Positions 1 through 8,318 are shown, counted from the first letter of the stretch. The stretch is 38,033 nucleotides of DNA from an uncultured Candidatus Saccharibacteria bacterium (GCA_964406425.1 CAYORQ010000001.1:1-38033), one strand, 5' to 3'. Notes: generated by a model not told the origin, from the sequence alone. Program-made: numbers and translations.

Positions 1-606
1 AGGTCCCTGGCCGCTGGCCTTGAGGTATATATATCCCTCAGCAGAAACTGGCACCGTAAACTGCTGAGTAGTAATGACGTTAGCTTTATAGGCTAGAGTG
101 CTTGGCGGATTCGGGATTGCATTACCTTCTTGTAAGTCAAGGTAGCCATCCGTAGTGGGTCTAAAGACAGTAGCGGTCACAATTATAGTACTGACATTAT
201 TAGCTGGCAGGGCGCCTACACCAAGTATCTTGATGCGCTGTTCGACATTAGCAGCAAGGCTAGTTGCAGTACCTATCTTTGAAGCCGCTCGCGTATCCAG
301 TACTCTGGTTGGTGTGATTGGTGTAAATTCACCTTCGGAGCCTGTCATAGTGACGCCCGCTCGACTGAAAAATACAAAATAAATGCCCGCACCAGCTATT
401 AGAACAACAAATATAGCTAGCAATGCTATTTGTAGCTTTTTGTTTATTTTTTTACTCAATGGCAAATTGCCAGTTGGCCCACCATGGTGCTGCGGGTTAC
501 CGTGGTTCGGCTGTGGAGGCGTGTTGCTGAGTGGTGGCTGCGTCGGGTCGGCGGTTTGATTGTTTGGGGTAGGGGTTGGTGATATCAAGGTCGATGGGGG
601 TGTCAT
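1..606 (-). CDS. Membrane-anchored secreted/surface protein, N-terminal 202 aa only (3' end runs off the window start)
   Basis: Hand translation of the minus strand from ATG 606..604 is open to position 1 (absent from the ORF track because it has no stop). AAGGAG lies 8 nt upstream (RC of 612-620). Pro/Thr/Asn-rich N-terminus, then one TM helix (LQIALLAIFVVLIAGAGIYFVFF), then an extracytoplasmic module starting ITPTRVLDTRA. Confidence 0.75.
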   Translation of the reverse strand, partial: MTPPSTLISPTPTPNNQTADPTQPPLSNTPPQPNHGNPQHHGGPTGNLPLSKKINKKLQIALLAIFVVLIAGAGIYFVFFSRAGVTMTGSEGEFTPITPTRVLDTRAASKIGTATSLAANVEQRIKILGVGALPANNVSTIIVTATVFRPTTDGYLDLQEGNAIPNPPSTLAYKANVITTQQFTVPVSAEGYIYLKASGQGP

Positions 607-659
607 AATAATACTCCTTTGCTTTAAATATCTAATTAAGAGCTACTTTACGCTTTTAA

Positions 660-722
660 TTGACATTGTGCAAACAGCTAGCGCTTTATACGATATTAAA
701 CAAAAGCATTTTCAGTTATAAT
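660..722 (+). promoter_or_regulatory. Candidate promoter elements for the histidine kinase gene
   Basis: Perfect TTGACA at 660-665, but its best -10 (TTTATA, 685-690) needs a 19-nt spacer. Perfect TATAAT at 717-722, 8 nt before ATG 731, but its -35 is poor (TATTAA, 694-699). No SD precedes the ATG. Confidence 0.3.
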
Positions 723-730
723 AAATAAAT

Positions 731-2404
731 ATGGACAAAGACAAGCTTAAGCTTAGCCAATTTGAAGATTCACTAATAGATGCCAACTCCACCACTCCGC
801 TGGTGGTAGCGACGGCGCTACTAATTGTGCTCGGCTACTTTACCAAGACGCTCTATGCCACCAATCCGTACCTCATCTGGCCAACTGTGGCTGTGCTGGT
901 GCTATTCTCATTTACGCACTATATACCTGCCCTTGAATTTACCAAGCGGCATGTCCTGTACCTTGGCTCTTATCACGTTGCGTTGGCTTTTGTGATGATT
1001 GCTATAGTGCCGACGCTCTCGTATTACCTAGTGCTGTGGATATTGCTCGGCTACCTCAACGACTACTACTACCAAAAGGTTGGTCTGGTAGTCAATATTG
1101 TGTTTATGTCGATAGTCGTCGTGGTAGGTGTGGCCTACCAGCAGGCGCCGCTGAATATCGATAAGCTCATTAGCACCCTGCCCTGGCTAACCGTAATGAT
1201 AGGCACTGTGCTGGTTCTTAGTAAAATAATTCTTGGTACAAAACAGTACCGCGAGAGTCTTTCTGGCAAGATGGCCAAGGCCGAATACGAGCATTTGCGT
1301 CTGGTGGCACTAATAAATAGTATGTCCGAGGCTGTGATTGCGATCAATGATAGCGGCAAAATAAATGTCTATAACTCTGCTGCGCTGGAGCTATTTGATA
1401 CCAACGATAGTATCGAGGACCACAGCATTGGCGATTACCTGAAGCTATATGACGCCAACAACAAGCCGGTCGATATCATGGCTGTCGCGGGCTCAATTGC
1501 CTACTCGTCCAAGGTGTCGGATTATTACACCAAGGTTGGTAATGAGGTTATAAGCCTCGAGATTAGTATTAACCGTACCAAGCTCGACAACCCGATAACT
1601 CATGAAAACGGCTACACCTTTTTGCTCAGAGACATCACCAAGCAAAAATCAGTAGAAGACGAACAGAGTGATTTTATTGCAGTTGTAAGCCACGAGCTGC
1701 GAACGCCGGTTGCGATAGCAGAGGCCAACATATCGATGGCCGAGATGGCCACCAAAAAACAGCTTGGTGAGAGTAACCAAACTGTCGCTTCGATTAAAAA
1801 AGCTCACGACCAAGTTATATCACTAGCAGAAATGGTCAATGACCTCTCGACACTATCTAAGGCCGAAAAAGAAACTGACAAGTTTGAAGTAGAGGTGTTT
1901 GATGTTGGCCTGGTGCTAGATGAGCTCAAAACTATCTTCACCAACCAAGCCGAGCGCAAAAAATTGTATATCAAATTCGAGACGCAGCCGGACTTGCCAA
2001 AAGTGGCAACCTCGAAGCTGTACCTTAAAGAAATAATCCAGAACCTAATATCGAACGCCATCAAATACACCCGCGAGGGTGGGGTTACTATCGTGACCGA
2101 TGTCAGCAACGATGGTCAGGTCCAGATATCTGTCAACGATACCGGAATCGGAATATCTAAGTCTGAGCAGAGAAAAGTCTTTGAAAAGTTTTGGCGCTCC
2201 GAAGATCCGCTAACCAGAGAGTCCGAAGGCACTGGGCTGGGTTTGCATATTGCCTCAAAACTGGCTGCTAGGATTGGCTCGCAGCTAAAATTTAATAGCG
2301 AGGCTGGTTCGGGTTCGGTGTTTTATTTGACAGTACCGACAGGTCGGACCAACACTACCGACAAATCCGCTGTGGTTAAAAGTGAAGTTGAGGGTGCTCT
2401 TTAG
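731..2404 (+). CDS. Sensor histidine kinase: polytopic N-terminal membrane domain, PAS-like region, HisKA, HATPase_c
   Basis: H-box SHELRTPVA; N-box NLISNAIKYT; G1 DTGIGI; G2 GTGLGL. About 5-6 hydrophobic helices in the first 170 aa, and a PAS-like segment (LINSMSEAVIAINDSGKINVYNSAA). No response regulator gene is adjacent. Confidence 0.9.
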   Translation: MDKDKLKLSQFEDSLIDANSTTPLVVATALLIVLGYFTKTLYATNPYLIWPTVAVLVLFSFTHYIPALEFTKRHVLYLGSYHVALAFVMIAIVPTLSYYLVLWILLGYLNDYYYQKVGLVVNIVFMSIVVVVGVAYQQAPLNIDKLISTLPWLTVMIGTVLVLSKIILGTKQYRESLSGKMAKAEYEHLRLVALINSMSEAVIAINDSGKINVYNSAALELFDTNDSIEDHSIGDYLKLYDANNKPVDIMAVAGSIAYSSKVSDYYTKVGNEVISLEISINRTKLDNPITHENGYTFLLRDITKQKSVEDEQSDFIAVVSHELRTPVAIAEANISMAEMATKKQLGESNQTVASIKKAHDQVISLAEMVNDLSTLSKAEKETDKFEVEVFDVGLVLDELKTIFTNQAERKKLYIKFETQPDLPKVATSKLYLKEIIQNLISNAIKYTREGGVTIVTDVSNDGQVQISVNDTGIGISKSEQRKVFEKFWRSEDPLTRESEGTGLGLHIASKLAARIGSQLKFNSEAGSGSVFYLTVPTGRTNTTDKSAVVKSEVEGAL

Positions 2405-3111
2405 GGCTTTGGTTTGCTACCGTAAAAGGTGCTACCAACTATTAGAGCTACAACTAGTGCAGCTATGGCGATGGTTAGGTATTGAAAAGCCAAATCGGAG
2501 TTCGTAATAACTAATGGACGCAGACAAGACAAAACGCCGACCATAAATAGTGCTGCTCCCAGCAACATGGTGCGGCGCTTGCTTTTGTTATTAGCTATTG
2601 CTAGGGCTTGGTAGATAAACATTGCGCCGATTAAAAGTAAGCAGGCGTATTGCAGTGATGTTGCTATATCTAGCGCCGGCCTGGAAACATAATTTATAGC
2701 CCAGAAGCCATTAGGTAGCTGCGAGATTGTTGTCGGGGTGGCAATATTTTGGGTTAGCGATAGGTAGCTAGCGATCATAACTAAAATAATATCGAAAGCC
2801 ACTATTAGGTTTGCCCCCAGCTTACTTTTGGGTGAGTACAGTCTGGCGACTGCTAACCATAAAAAAAATAGCGCCATGAATTGGAATAAGCTACCAGCAA
2901 TAGTCGAGTATGTTAGTATGGTCGAATCGTCCGAGATGATTGGACCCAGGCCATAGGCCAGCAAACTGAATGTAAAAAATATGCCCATCCAGCCGATGCA
3001 TCTATCGAGCAAGTTGCCGGTAGCCCTGTACTGCCTCAGGCCCCTGATGCCCACAAAAAGCACGATCGGAATGCCGAAGTACCAGTAAAGTGAGTTGATA
3101 GTAATACGCAT
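2401..3111 (-). CDS. Multi-pass (about 7 TM) integral membrane protein, unknown function
   Basis: The ORF is hydrophobic throughout. The track start at 3135 is TTG; the first ATG (MRITINSLYWYF) is at 3111. Its stop overlaps the kinase stop (TTAG at 2401-2404). Confidence 0.6.
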   Translation of the reverse strand: MRITINSLYWYFGIPIVLFVGIRGLRQYRATGNLLDRCIGWMGIFFTFSLLAYGLGPIISDDSTILTYSTIAGSLFQFMALFFLWLAVARLYSPKSKLGANLIVAFDIILVMIASYLSLTQNIATPTTISQLPNGFWAINYVSRPALDIATSLQYACLLLIGAMFIYQALAIANNKSKRRTMLLGAALFMVGVLSCLRPLVITNSDLAFQYLTIAIAALVVALIVGSTFYGSKPKP

Positions 3112-3161
3112 AATGCTTGTAAGATAGTATAACAAACTGTAACTACTTATGGCTAATTTTG

Positions 3162-3190
3162 TTGTAAATAGGCAAAGATGAGTGTAATAT
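3162..3190 (+). promoter_or_regulatory. Sigma70-like promoter for the 3198 gene
   Basis: -35 TTGTAA (3162-3167), 17-nt spacer ending in TG (extended -10), -10 TAATAT (3185-3190). The ATG lies only 7 nt downstream. Confidence 0.45.
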
Positions 3191-3197
3191 TTAAAGC

Positions 3198-4031
3198 ATG
3201 AAAGCTATAAAAGACTCCAACACAAAAATAGATAAGAGCAGTACTTTTCGCTGGTTTATTTTGGCGCTTATCGTGCTCACCAGCCTAATATCATTTGGTG
3301 GTGGCCTGCTGCCGCTTTTAATATATTTTTTGCCGGCTATATTTATTTTTATGCACGGCAGTAAGTACTTGGGACGCAAAAATATTATATTGTTTTTTAT
3401 TGTGATATTTATAGTTAGCTACACCACTGAATACCTTGGCGTTAGTACCGGGAAGATATTTGGCGACTACTACTACAATTTGCTAAATAACGGCCCGCTC
3501 GTTGGTGGGGTTCCGCCACTAGTGATGCTAACCTACTTTGCCATCACCTACTCCACCTACTGGGTCGTTCGTATCTTGCTTGGTGATTTTAAAATAATCA
3601 AAGGCCAAAAGATAGTTTGGTTTGCTTTACTGGGCGGGTTAATAGCCACTCTCACCGACCTCGCTGCCGATCCCGTAAACTCGACTGTTAATAAGGTTTA
3701 TATCTGGACCAATGGAGGTATATTTTTTGGTGTTCCCTACCTTAACTTCATTGGGTGGCTGGCAGAAATTACAATATTTTTTATTATCATATCAGTTATT
3801 TTTGCCTACATTACAAAAGCTCCCAAATCAGAAAAAGCCCCCAGCAAGAGTTTTCAATTACAACCAATTGTGCTTTTTTCGGCACCTATACTACCTATAA
3901 TACTGCGGCCAATCTGGGGCGAGCAGCCGGCCGATATTAGAGCTGCGATGTCACTAATTGCCTTATTTGGGCTGGGCTCGATTATTTTGCTGGCTACCCT
4001 GAGAGTTTTCTGGAACAACAACTCGAAGTAG
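3198..4031 (+). CDS. Polytopic membrane protein, DUF422 / carotenoid-biosynthesis-protein (CruF-like) family candidate
   Basis: 277 aa with about 7 TM helices. The motif EYLGVSTGKIFGDYYYNLLNNGPLVGGVPPLV resembles the E-x-G-x-x-T-G-x-P-F-G-x-Y-x-Y...G-V-P signature I recall for PF04240. Assigned from memory, not from a search. Confidence 0.45.
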   Translation: MKAIKDSNTKIDKSSTFRWFILALIVLTSLISFGGGLLPLLIYFLPAIFIFMHGSKYLGRKNIILFFIVIFIVSYTTEYLGVSTGKIFGDYYYNLLNNGPLVGGVPPLVMLTYFAITYSTYWVVRILLGDFKIIKGQKIVWFALLGGLIATLTDLAADPVNSTVNKVYIWTNGGIFFGVPYLNFIGWLAEITIFFIIISVIFAYITKAPKSEKAPSKSFQLQPIVLFSAPILPIILRPIWGEQPADIRAAMSLIALFGLGSIILLATLRVFWNNNSK

Positions 4032-4046
4032 CTGCCAAGCAATGAG

Positions 4047-4268
4047 TTAGCGTACTCGAGACTTGGCTTCGGGCTTAATGACTGCGCCAATAATCAGATA
4101 CACCAATACGCCCGGTATGATGCCCGACATAATAACTAGGATTGCTGCAATAATTCGGGCCAAGGCTTTGTCAAAACCAAAATAATCGGCAATGCCACCG
4201 ACCACACCGAGTACTTTTTTGTCGGTCGATAGTGTCAGCTGCTGTGGTGGTGTTTTTTTGTTTTTCAT
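4047..4268 (-). CDS. PspC-domain small membrane protein
   Basis: 73 aa. GVVGGIADYFGFDKALARIIAAILVI matches the PspC-domain core and is followed by a TM helix. Confidence 0.75.
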   Translation of the reverse strand: MKNKKTPPQQLTLSTDKKVLGVVGGIADYFGFDKALARIIAAILVIMSGIIPGVLVYLIIGAVIKPEAKSRVR

Positions 4269-4305
4269 ATTTTTTTTGGTTTGTCTTGGGAGATCTAATA
4301 ATTGC

Positions 4306-4381
4306 TGGAGCCGACGAAGGGACTCGAACCCGCAACCTGCTGTTTACAAAACAGCTGCTCTACCAATTGAGCTACGTCGGC
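4306..4381 (-). tRNA. tRNA-Thr (anticodon UGU), CCA encoded
   Basis: RC reads GCCGACGTAGCTCAATTGGTAGAGCAGCTGTTTTGTAAACAGCAGGTTGCGGGTTCGAGTCCCTTCGTCGGCTCCA. 7-bp acceptor stem, D arm GCTC/GAGC, anticodon stem GCTGT/ACAGC, loop TTTGTAA. The T stem has one C-T mismatch and one G-T pair. Confidence 0.85.
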
Positions 4382-4382
4382 A

Positions 4383-4468
4383 TGGTGCCGGGTGAGGGAC
4401 TCGAACCCCCGAAGGCATAAGCCAGCTGATTTACAGTCAGCCCCCGTTGACCGCTTGGGTAACCCGGC
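4383..4468 (-). tRNA. tRNA-Tyr (anticodon GUA), long variable arm, CCA encoded
   Basis: RC reads GCCGGGTTACCCAAGCGGTCAACGGGGGCTGACTGTAAATCAGCTGGCTTATGCCTTCGGGGGTTCGAGTCCCTCACCCGGCACCA. Anticodon stem GCTGA/TCAGC, loop CTGTAAA. Variable stem-loop GGC-TTAT-GCC is typical of bacterial tRNA-Tyr. Confidence 0.9.
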
Positions 4469-4480
4469 ATGCGTTTGGTA

Positions 4481-4555
<75 letters not shown>

Positions 4556-4601
4556 TAATTTGGCAATTTACAGATACAAAAGCAAGTTATAGTCTACCAG
4601 T

Positions 4602-5291
4602 TTAAAGCAGTTTCTTCAAGGCTGGATTAGAGCTGAGGGCCTGTTTGGCCCTAACATTGGCTGGCTCTATCTTCAATATCGCCTTAAACATAGTTACAGC
4701 CTCAGAGGGCTGGTTTTCGTGTAAATACGCTTCCGCTAAGAGCAGCATAATAGATATGCCATCTGGCTCGAGTTCGAGTGCCCTACCTAGAGCCTTAATT
4801 TGCTTGTCGTAAGAGCCTATGACGCGGTAGATGCGTGCCAGGGTCACGAGGCGAGCGGGGGTCTCTTCCATATCGATTGATTTTTCTAGGGCAGTAGCCG
4901 AACGCTTGAACCGGCGACTCTTAAAAAGCATCATCGCCAGATTATAATAACTTGCCGAATTGGGATAGTTGTCGGCCACTATCTGAAAGCAATCGATGGC
5001 ATCATCAACTTGGCCAAAATGAGAGTATATAAAGCCGAGACGGCTATACGCCAAGCTATTTTTGTGATCAACTTTCAGAACCTTGAGATAGGCTTTTTCT
5101 GATGCCAGGTAGTTTTTTTCGGCATAATAGCGGCTGGCGATCTCTAGTAAGCTCTCGAGCCTAGAATCGTGACTAACCGGCAGAATTGCCAGATTTTCTA
5201 CAACTGATTCGACAAGGCCGATTTTGTACTTACTAAGAAGCAGAAAGGTCAGAATAAAAAAGCTCAAAAATATAATTACTTCAAATATCAT
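4602..5291 (-). CDS. TPR-repeat protein with N-terminal membrane anchor
   Basis: 229 aa. N-terminal TM helix (IIFLSFFILTFLLL), then repeated A-x-x-x-Y/A-L-x-x-x-P TPR-like units (YYAEKNYLASEKAYLKVLKVDHKN, ALELEPDG, AILKIEPAN). Confidence 0.7.
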   Translation of the reverse strand: MIFEVIIFLSFFILTFLLLSKYKIGLVESVVENLAILPVSHDSRLESLLEIASRYYAEKNYLASEKAYLKVLKVDHKNSLAYSRLGFIYSHFGQVDDAIDCFQIVADNYPNSASYYNLAMMLFKSRRFKRSATALEKSIDMEETPARLVTLARIYRVIGSYDKQIKALGRALELEPDGISIMLLLAEAYLHENQPSEAVTMFKAILKIEPANVRAKQALSSNPALKKLL

Positions 5292-6112
5292 TCAAACTCC
5301 AATGCTAGGTGCTCTAGCACAAACTTAGGGTTACCATTATTGTACAGGTGTATCTGCGCTTTTATCAAGCTATTTGCTCGGGCAGACCAGTGTCGACTAA
5401 AGGACTGTTTTTGGATGTTAGCTGAGATTGTGCTAATTAGTCGTTGGGCTTCTGATTTGTCGGCAATACCAGATGATACCACTAACCTGTCGGAAATTCC
5501 ACCCTGCTGGAAGCTTTGGGCTTTGGCTAGTAATTGCTCATGAGCAGTGCCATCCTCAAGGCTAGCCGATATCAACAGGGCTGGGTAGCGCCCAACCACG
5601 CTGTAGGTCTCTGGTGAAACTTTGTATTCGGTAATCAAACCCTCCAACTGACTACTGGTAGGTGGGTAAAAATTGATCGGTTGGAGTCTAGAGATGACGG
5701 TTTTTGGGATCATCTCTTTGCGCTCGGCCACCAAAATTATGGTCGTAAACGGCGGTGGCTCCTCGAGTAGTAATAGCAAAGAGTTGGCGGCCTCGATTGT
5801 CAGTAAATCTGCGCCATCGAGTATTATGACTTTACTATTGATACTGCTGGGTTTTGAATGATTCGCAAAGTCATGCACCCGTTCGAGCTGCGGTAATCTT
5901 AGCTTTTTGCCAGCTTCGGGCTCAATAAACAAAATCCAGCGCGCCAAATCGCCAATGCTGGCTTGATTGCCCAATAAGGTCTTTGCGAAGCTTAATGCCG
6001 CACTAGTTTTACCAAGCCCAACACCACCAGCAAACAAATAGCCGTGCGCCGGCTGCAGAGCGGCTGAATCGAGTTGGCTAGCGGTAGTTGAGTGCAGTAT
6101 TAGCTTGCTCAT
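5288..6112 (-). CDS. holB: DNA polymerase III delta-prime-like clamp-loader subunit (AAA+)
   Basis: Walker-A-like GGVGLGKTSAA; DGADLLTIEAANSLLLLLEEPP (sensor/box VII-like motif typical of HolB/DnaX); SRLQPINF (SRC-like). Short at 274 aa. Overlaps both neighbours by 4 nt. Confidence 0.7.
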   Translation of the reverse strand: MSKLILHSTTASQLDSAALQPAHGYLFAGGVGLGKTSAALSFAKTLLGNQASIGDLARWILFIEPEAGKKLRLPQLERVHDFANHSKPSSINSKVIILDGADLLTIEAANSLLLLLEEPPPFTTIILVAERKEMIPKTVISRLQPINFYPPTSSQLEGLITEYKVSPETYSVVGRYPALLISASLEDGTAHEQLLAKAQSFQQGGISDRLVVSSGIADKSEAQRLISTISANIQKQSFSRHWSARANSLIKAQIHLYNNGNPKFVLEHLALEFE

Positions 6113-6819
6113 GCCAGGCCCTCCAGGAAGCTAGCTAGCTCGGTTGGCAATGGAGCCTTAAAGGTCTTTTTTTGTTTTTCACCAGGCAGAATTAAAGATA
6201 ACTTTTCGGCGTGCAAGAATTGCCTCTGTAACCCATCTGGTATGGGTCTCTTGCCATAGAGTTTGTCACCAACAACGGGATGTCCAAGGTGGGCAAACTG
6301 GATTCTTATTTGGTGGGTTCTTCCGGTATGAATATCGACACTGAGGTAACTATAATCGAGATATTCGGTCAGGACTTCGTACTGCGAGATTGACATCTTG
6401 CCAGTGGGATGGACAGCCATCAGGTTGGGCGATTTGAGCGAACGCCGCACGGGTAGCTCAATCCGGGCCTTGGGGTGACTGAGGTGGCCCCAGACCAAGG
6501 CGAGGTAGGTCTTATCGACTTCACGATTGGCAAACTGGGCTTGCAAGAACTCCAAAGCTGGCTCGTCTTTGGCCATAATAACTACTCCGGAGGTATCCTT
6601 GTCGAGCCGATGAACAATACCACCGCGCAGATCGTTATTTTGGGCTAGCTGATCTTGAAAAATACTAAATACACTGCTAGATTCGTCACGTTCGTTTTTG
6701 GGGTGCATCACGAGGCCAGCTGGCTTATTGATTACAATAACCCGGCTATCTTCGTACAAAATGTTGATTGTTGCTTTATTGTCCCCTGCCATAATATGTA
6801 TCATAGCTCTATTATACAA
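6109..6819 (-). CDS. RluA-family pseudouridine synthase (no S4 domain)
   Basis: Catalytic motif HRLDKDTSGVV, plus GRTHQIRIQFAHLGHPVVGDKLYG. N-terminal start is uncertain (alternative Met codons at 6804 and 6792). Confidence 0.85.
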   Translation of the reverse strand: MYNRAMIHIMAGDNKATINILYEDSRVIVINKPAGLVMHPKNERDESSSVFSIFQDQLAQNNDLRGGIVHRLDKDTSGVVIMAKDEPALEFLQAQFANREVDKTYLALVWGHLSHPKARIELPVRRSLKSPNLMAVHPTGKMSISQYEVLTEYLDYSYLSVDIHTGRTHQIRIQFAHLGHPVVGDKLYGKRPIPDGLQRQFLHAEKLSLILPGEKQKKTFKAPLPTELASFLEGLA

Positions 6820-7789
6820 GCTTCTGGATGGATTGTAGTTGGTTTTTAGTACCCATTACTACGAGTTTGTCACCGGGGTAGATTACTTCTCTGCCCATCG
6901 GATGAACCTGGCTGCTGCCACTGGCAGTGTTGAGGGCTAATACACTGACGCCCTCGGCGTGCTTAAGGACGTTCTCGAGTCGGTGGCCACTGACCCTGGA
7001 GCTATGTGGTATAACTATTTCCTGGACTTGTAGCTCGGAGCTTTTGTTGGTCGATAGGACATCTAAAATATCAATCACGTGTGGGCGCATTAGCATTGTG
7101 GCCATATGGAACCCGCCAATCTGGTTGGGCATGGCAACCTTGTCGGCACCAGCGCGCATGATTCTGGTGATATTCTCTTCTCGATTAGCTCTTGAGACTA
7201 TAAATAAATCGGGGTTAATCTGGCGTGAGGTTAGGGTTACAAAAAGATTACTCGAATCGTCGCCGAGACAAGCCACGATGCCCTTGGCTTTTTCAATCTT
7301 GGCTTTGTGGAGGTCTTTTTCTTTGGTGGGGTCACCGACGAAAGCCGTGTAGCCCATTGCTATGGCCTCCTTGACTCGGTCTTCGTCTTTGTCGATTGCA
7401 ACAAATAGCTGGTTTTCAGAAGCTAGTTCCCTAGCGACTTGGCTACCGACTCGTCCGATTCCGCATACTATGTAGTGGTCTTTCATTCTTAGAAGTTTTG
7501 CCTTTACTTTACGGCGCTTTAATCCATCGCCTAGACCTATGATATACTCGCCAAAAAGCTTAAGCAAGTATGCCAACAAAACTAGACTCGCCAATACCAA
7601 CGAAATGATTATCGCTCTTGATGGCCATGCATCCATTTTGAAGTTATCGTGGTGAGTCAGGCTAATGTAGGTGGCGCGGTAAAATGCTTCGCTGTAGCTG
7701 ATATTTTCGATGGCTCTAAAACCTAAGGAAGCGAAAATCAGAAAACTGGCTACAATCAAAATTAAAATAACGATTTGTTTTCGTCTCAT
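6812..7789 (-). CDS. Two-TM pore-like membrane domain fused to RCK (TrkA_N + TrkA_C); K+-channel-like protein lacking the canonical selectivity filter
   Basis: TM1, a pore-helix-like SYSEAFYRATYISLT, TM2, Rossmann motif VCGIGRVGSQVA, and a C-terminal TrkA_C-like segment (PGDKLVVMGTKNQL). THHDNF sits where TVGYGD would be expected. Confidence 0.7.
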   Translation of the reverse strand: MRRKQIVILILIVASFLIFASLGFRAIENISYSEAFYRATYISLTHHDNFKMDAWPSRAIIISLVLASLVLLAYLLKLFGEYIIGLGDGLKRRKVKAKLLRMKDHYIVCGIGRVGSQVARELASENQLFVAIDKDEDRVKEAIAMGYTAFVGDPTKEKDLHKAKIEKAKGIVACLGDDSSNLFVTLTSRQINPDLFIVSRANREENITRIMRAGADKVAMPNQIGGFHMATMLMRPHVIDILDVLSTNKSSELQVQEIVIPHSSRVSGHRLENVLKHAEGVSVLALNTASGSSQVHPMGREVIYPGDKLVVMGTKNQLQSIQKLV

Positions 7790-7838
7790 ACATTATATTA
7801 TAAGTCTTATGCTTAAAGAAGTCATCTACTATAACAAT

Positions 7839-7869
7839 AAAAAAAGCCCGCTACTGCGGGGCTTTTTTT
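7839..7869 (-). terminator. Intrinsic terminator after rpsI (looks bidirectional)
   Basis: AAAAAAAGCCCGC-TACT-GCGGGGCTTTTTTT. GC-rich 6-bp stem with a 1-nt bulge, flanked by an A-tract and a T-tract; overlaps the rpsI stop codon. Confidence 0.8.
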
Positions 7870-8317
7870 ATCGCTTCGAGAATTGCGGGGCTTTGCGGGC
7901 CTTGCGCAAACCTGGCTTTTTGCGCTCTTTTTTGCGTGGATCTCTCGTCAAGTAGCCATGCTTCTTGAGGCTGGTACGGAAGTCTTCGCTCATCTCAACC
8001 AAGGCCCGGGCGATTCCGAGTCTGATGGCATCTGATTGGCCTCTGAGTCCACCACCGTCTACCTTGACTACGACATCCATCTCTTTGCTTTTAGAGAGTA
8101 GCTCGAGTGGAGCTTTGATGTTGTGTACATAGGCTTCGGTTGCTGAAAAATAATCGATAGCTGTCTTGGTGTTAATAGTAATCTCACCCTTGCCCTTGAA
8201 AAGCTTAACAACGGCTACGGACTGCTTACGGCGGCCAATGGCTCGGTAATAATGGTTTTTGATTGATACTTTAGGAGCTGTTTTGGCAGCTACTTTTTCT
8301 GGGGTTTTTTCTGGCAT
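7868..8317 (-). CDS. rpsI: 30S ribosomal protein S9
   Basis: C-terminus GYLTRDPRKKERKKPGLRKARKAPQFSKR is the S9 signature. The N-terminus has a Lys/Pro/Ala-rich extension. Confidence 0.97.
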   Translation of the reverse strand: MPEKTPEKVAAKTAPKVSIKNHYYRAIGRRKQSVAVVKLFKGKGEITINTKTAIDYFSATEAYVHNIKAPLELLSKSKEMDVVVKVDGGGLRGQSDAIRLGIARALVEMSEDFRTSLKKHGYLTRDPRKKERKKPGLRKARKAPQFSKR

Positions 8318-8318
8318 T

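Noticed and set aside
155-382. 75-aa plus-strand ORF (GTG start) at the window start
   Set aside because: It is antisense to a longer open minus-strand frame (1-606) that has ATG, AAGGAG and a coherent TM-plus-ectodomain organisation.
1-4305. Genomic island integrated at the tRNA-Thr(UGU) 3' end, covering the PspC, DUF422, membrane protein, kinase and surface protein genes
   Set aside because: There is no integrase or recombinase gene. By eye I saw no direct repeat of the tRNA 3' end in 1-4305 and no obvious compositional shift. A computed repeat search would be needed to exclude it fully.
6927-7352. 141-aa plus-strand ORF antisense to the RCK-domain gene
   Set aside because: The minus-strand frame has clear TrkA_N/TrkA_C motifs, while the plus frame is low-complexity with no start context.
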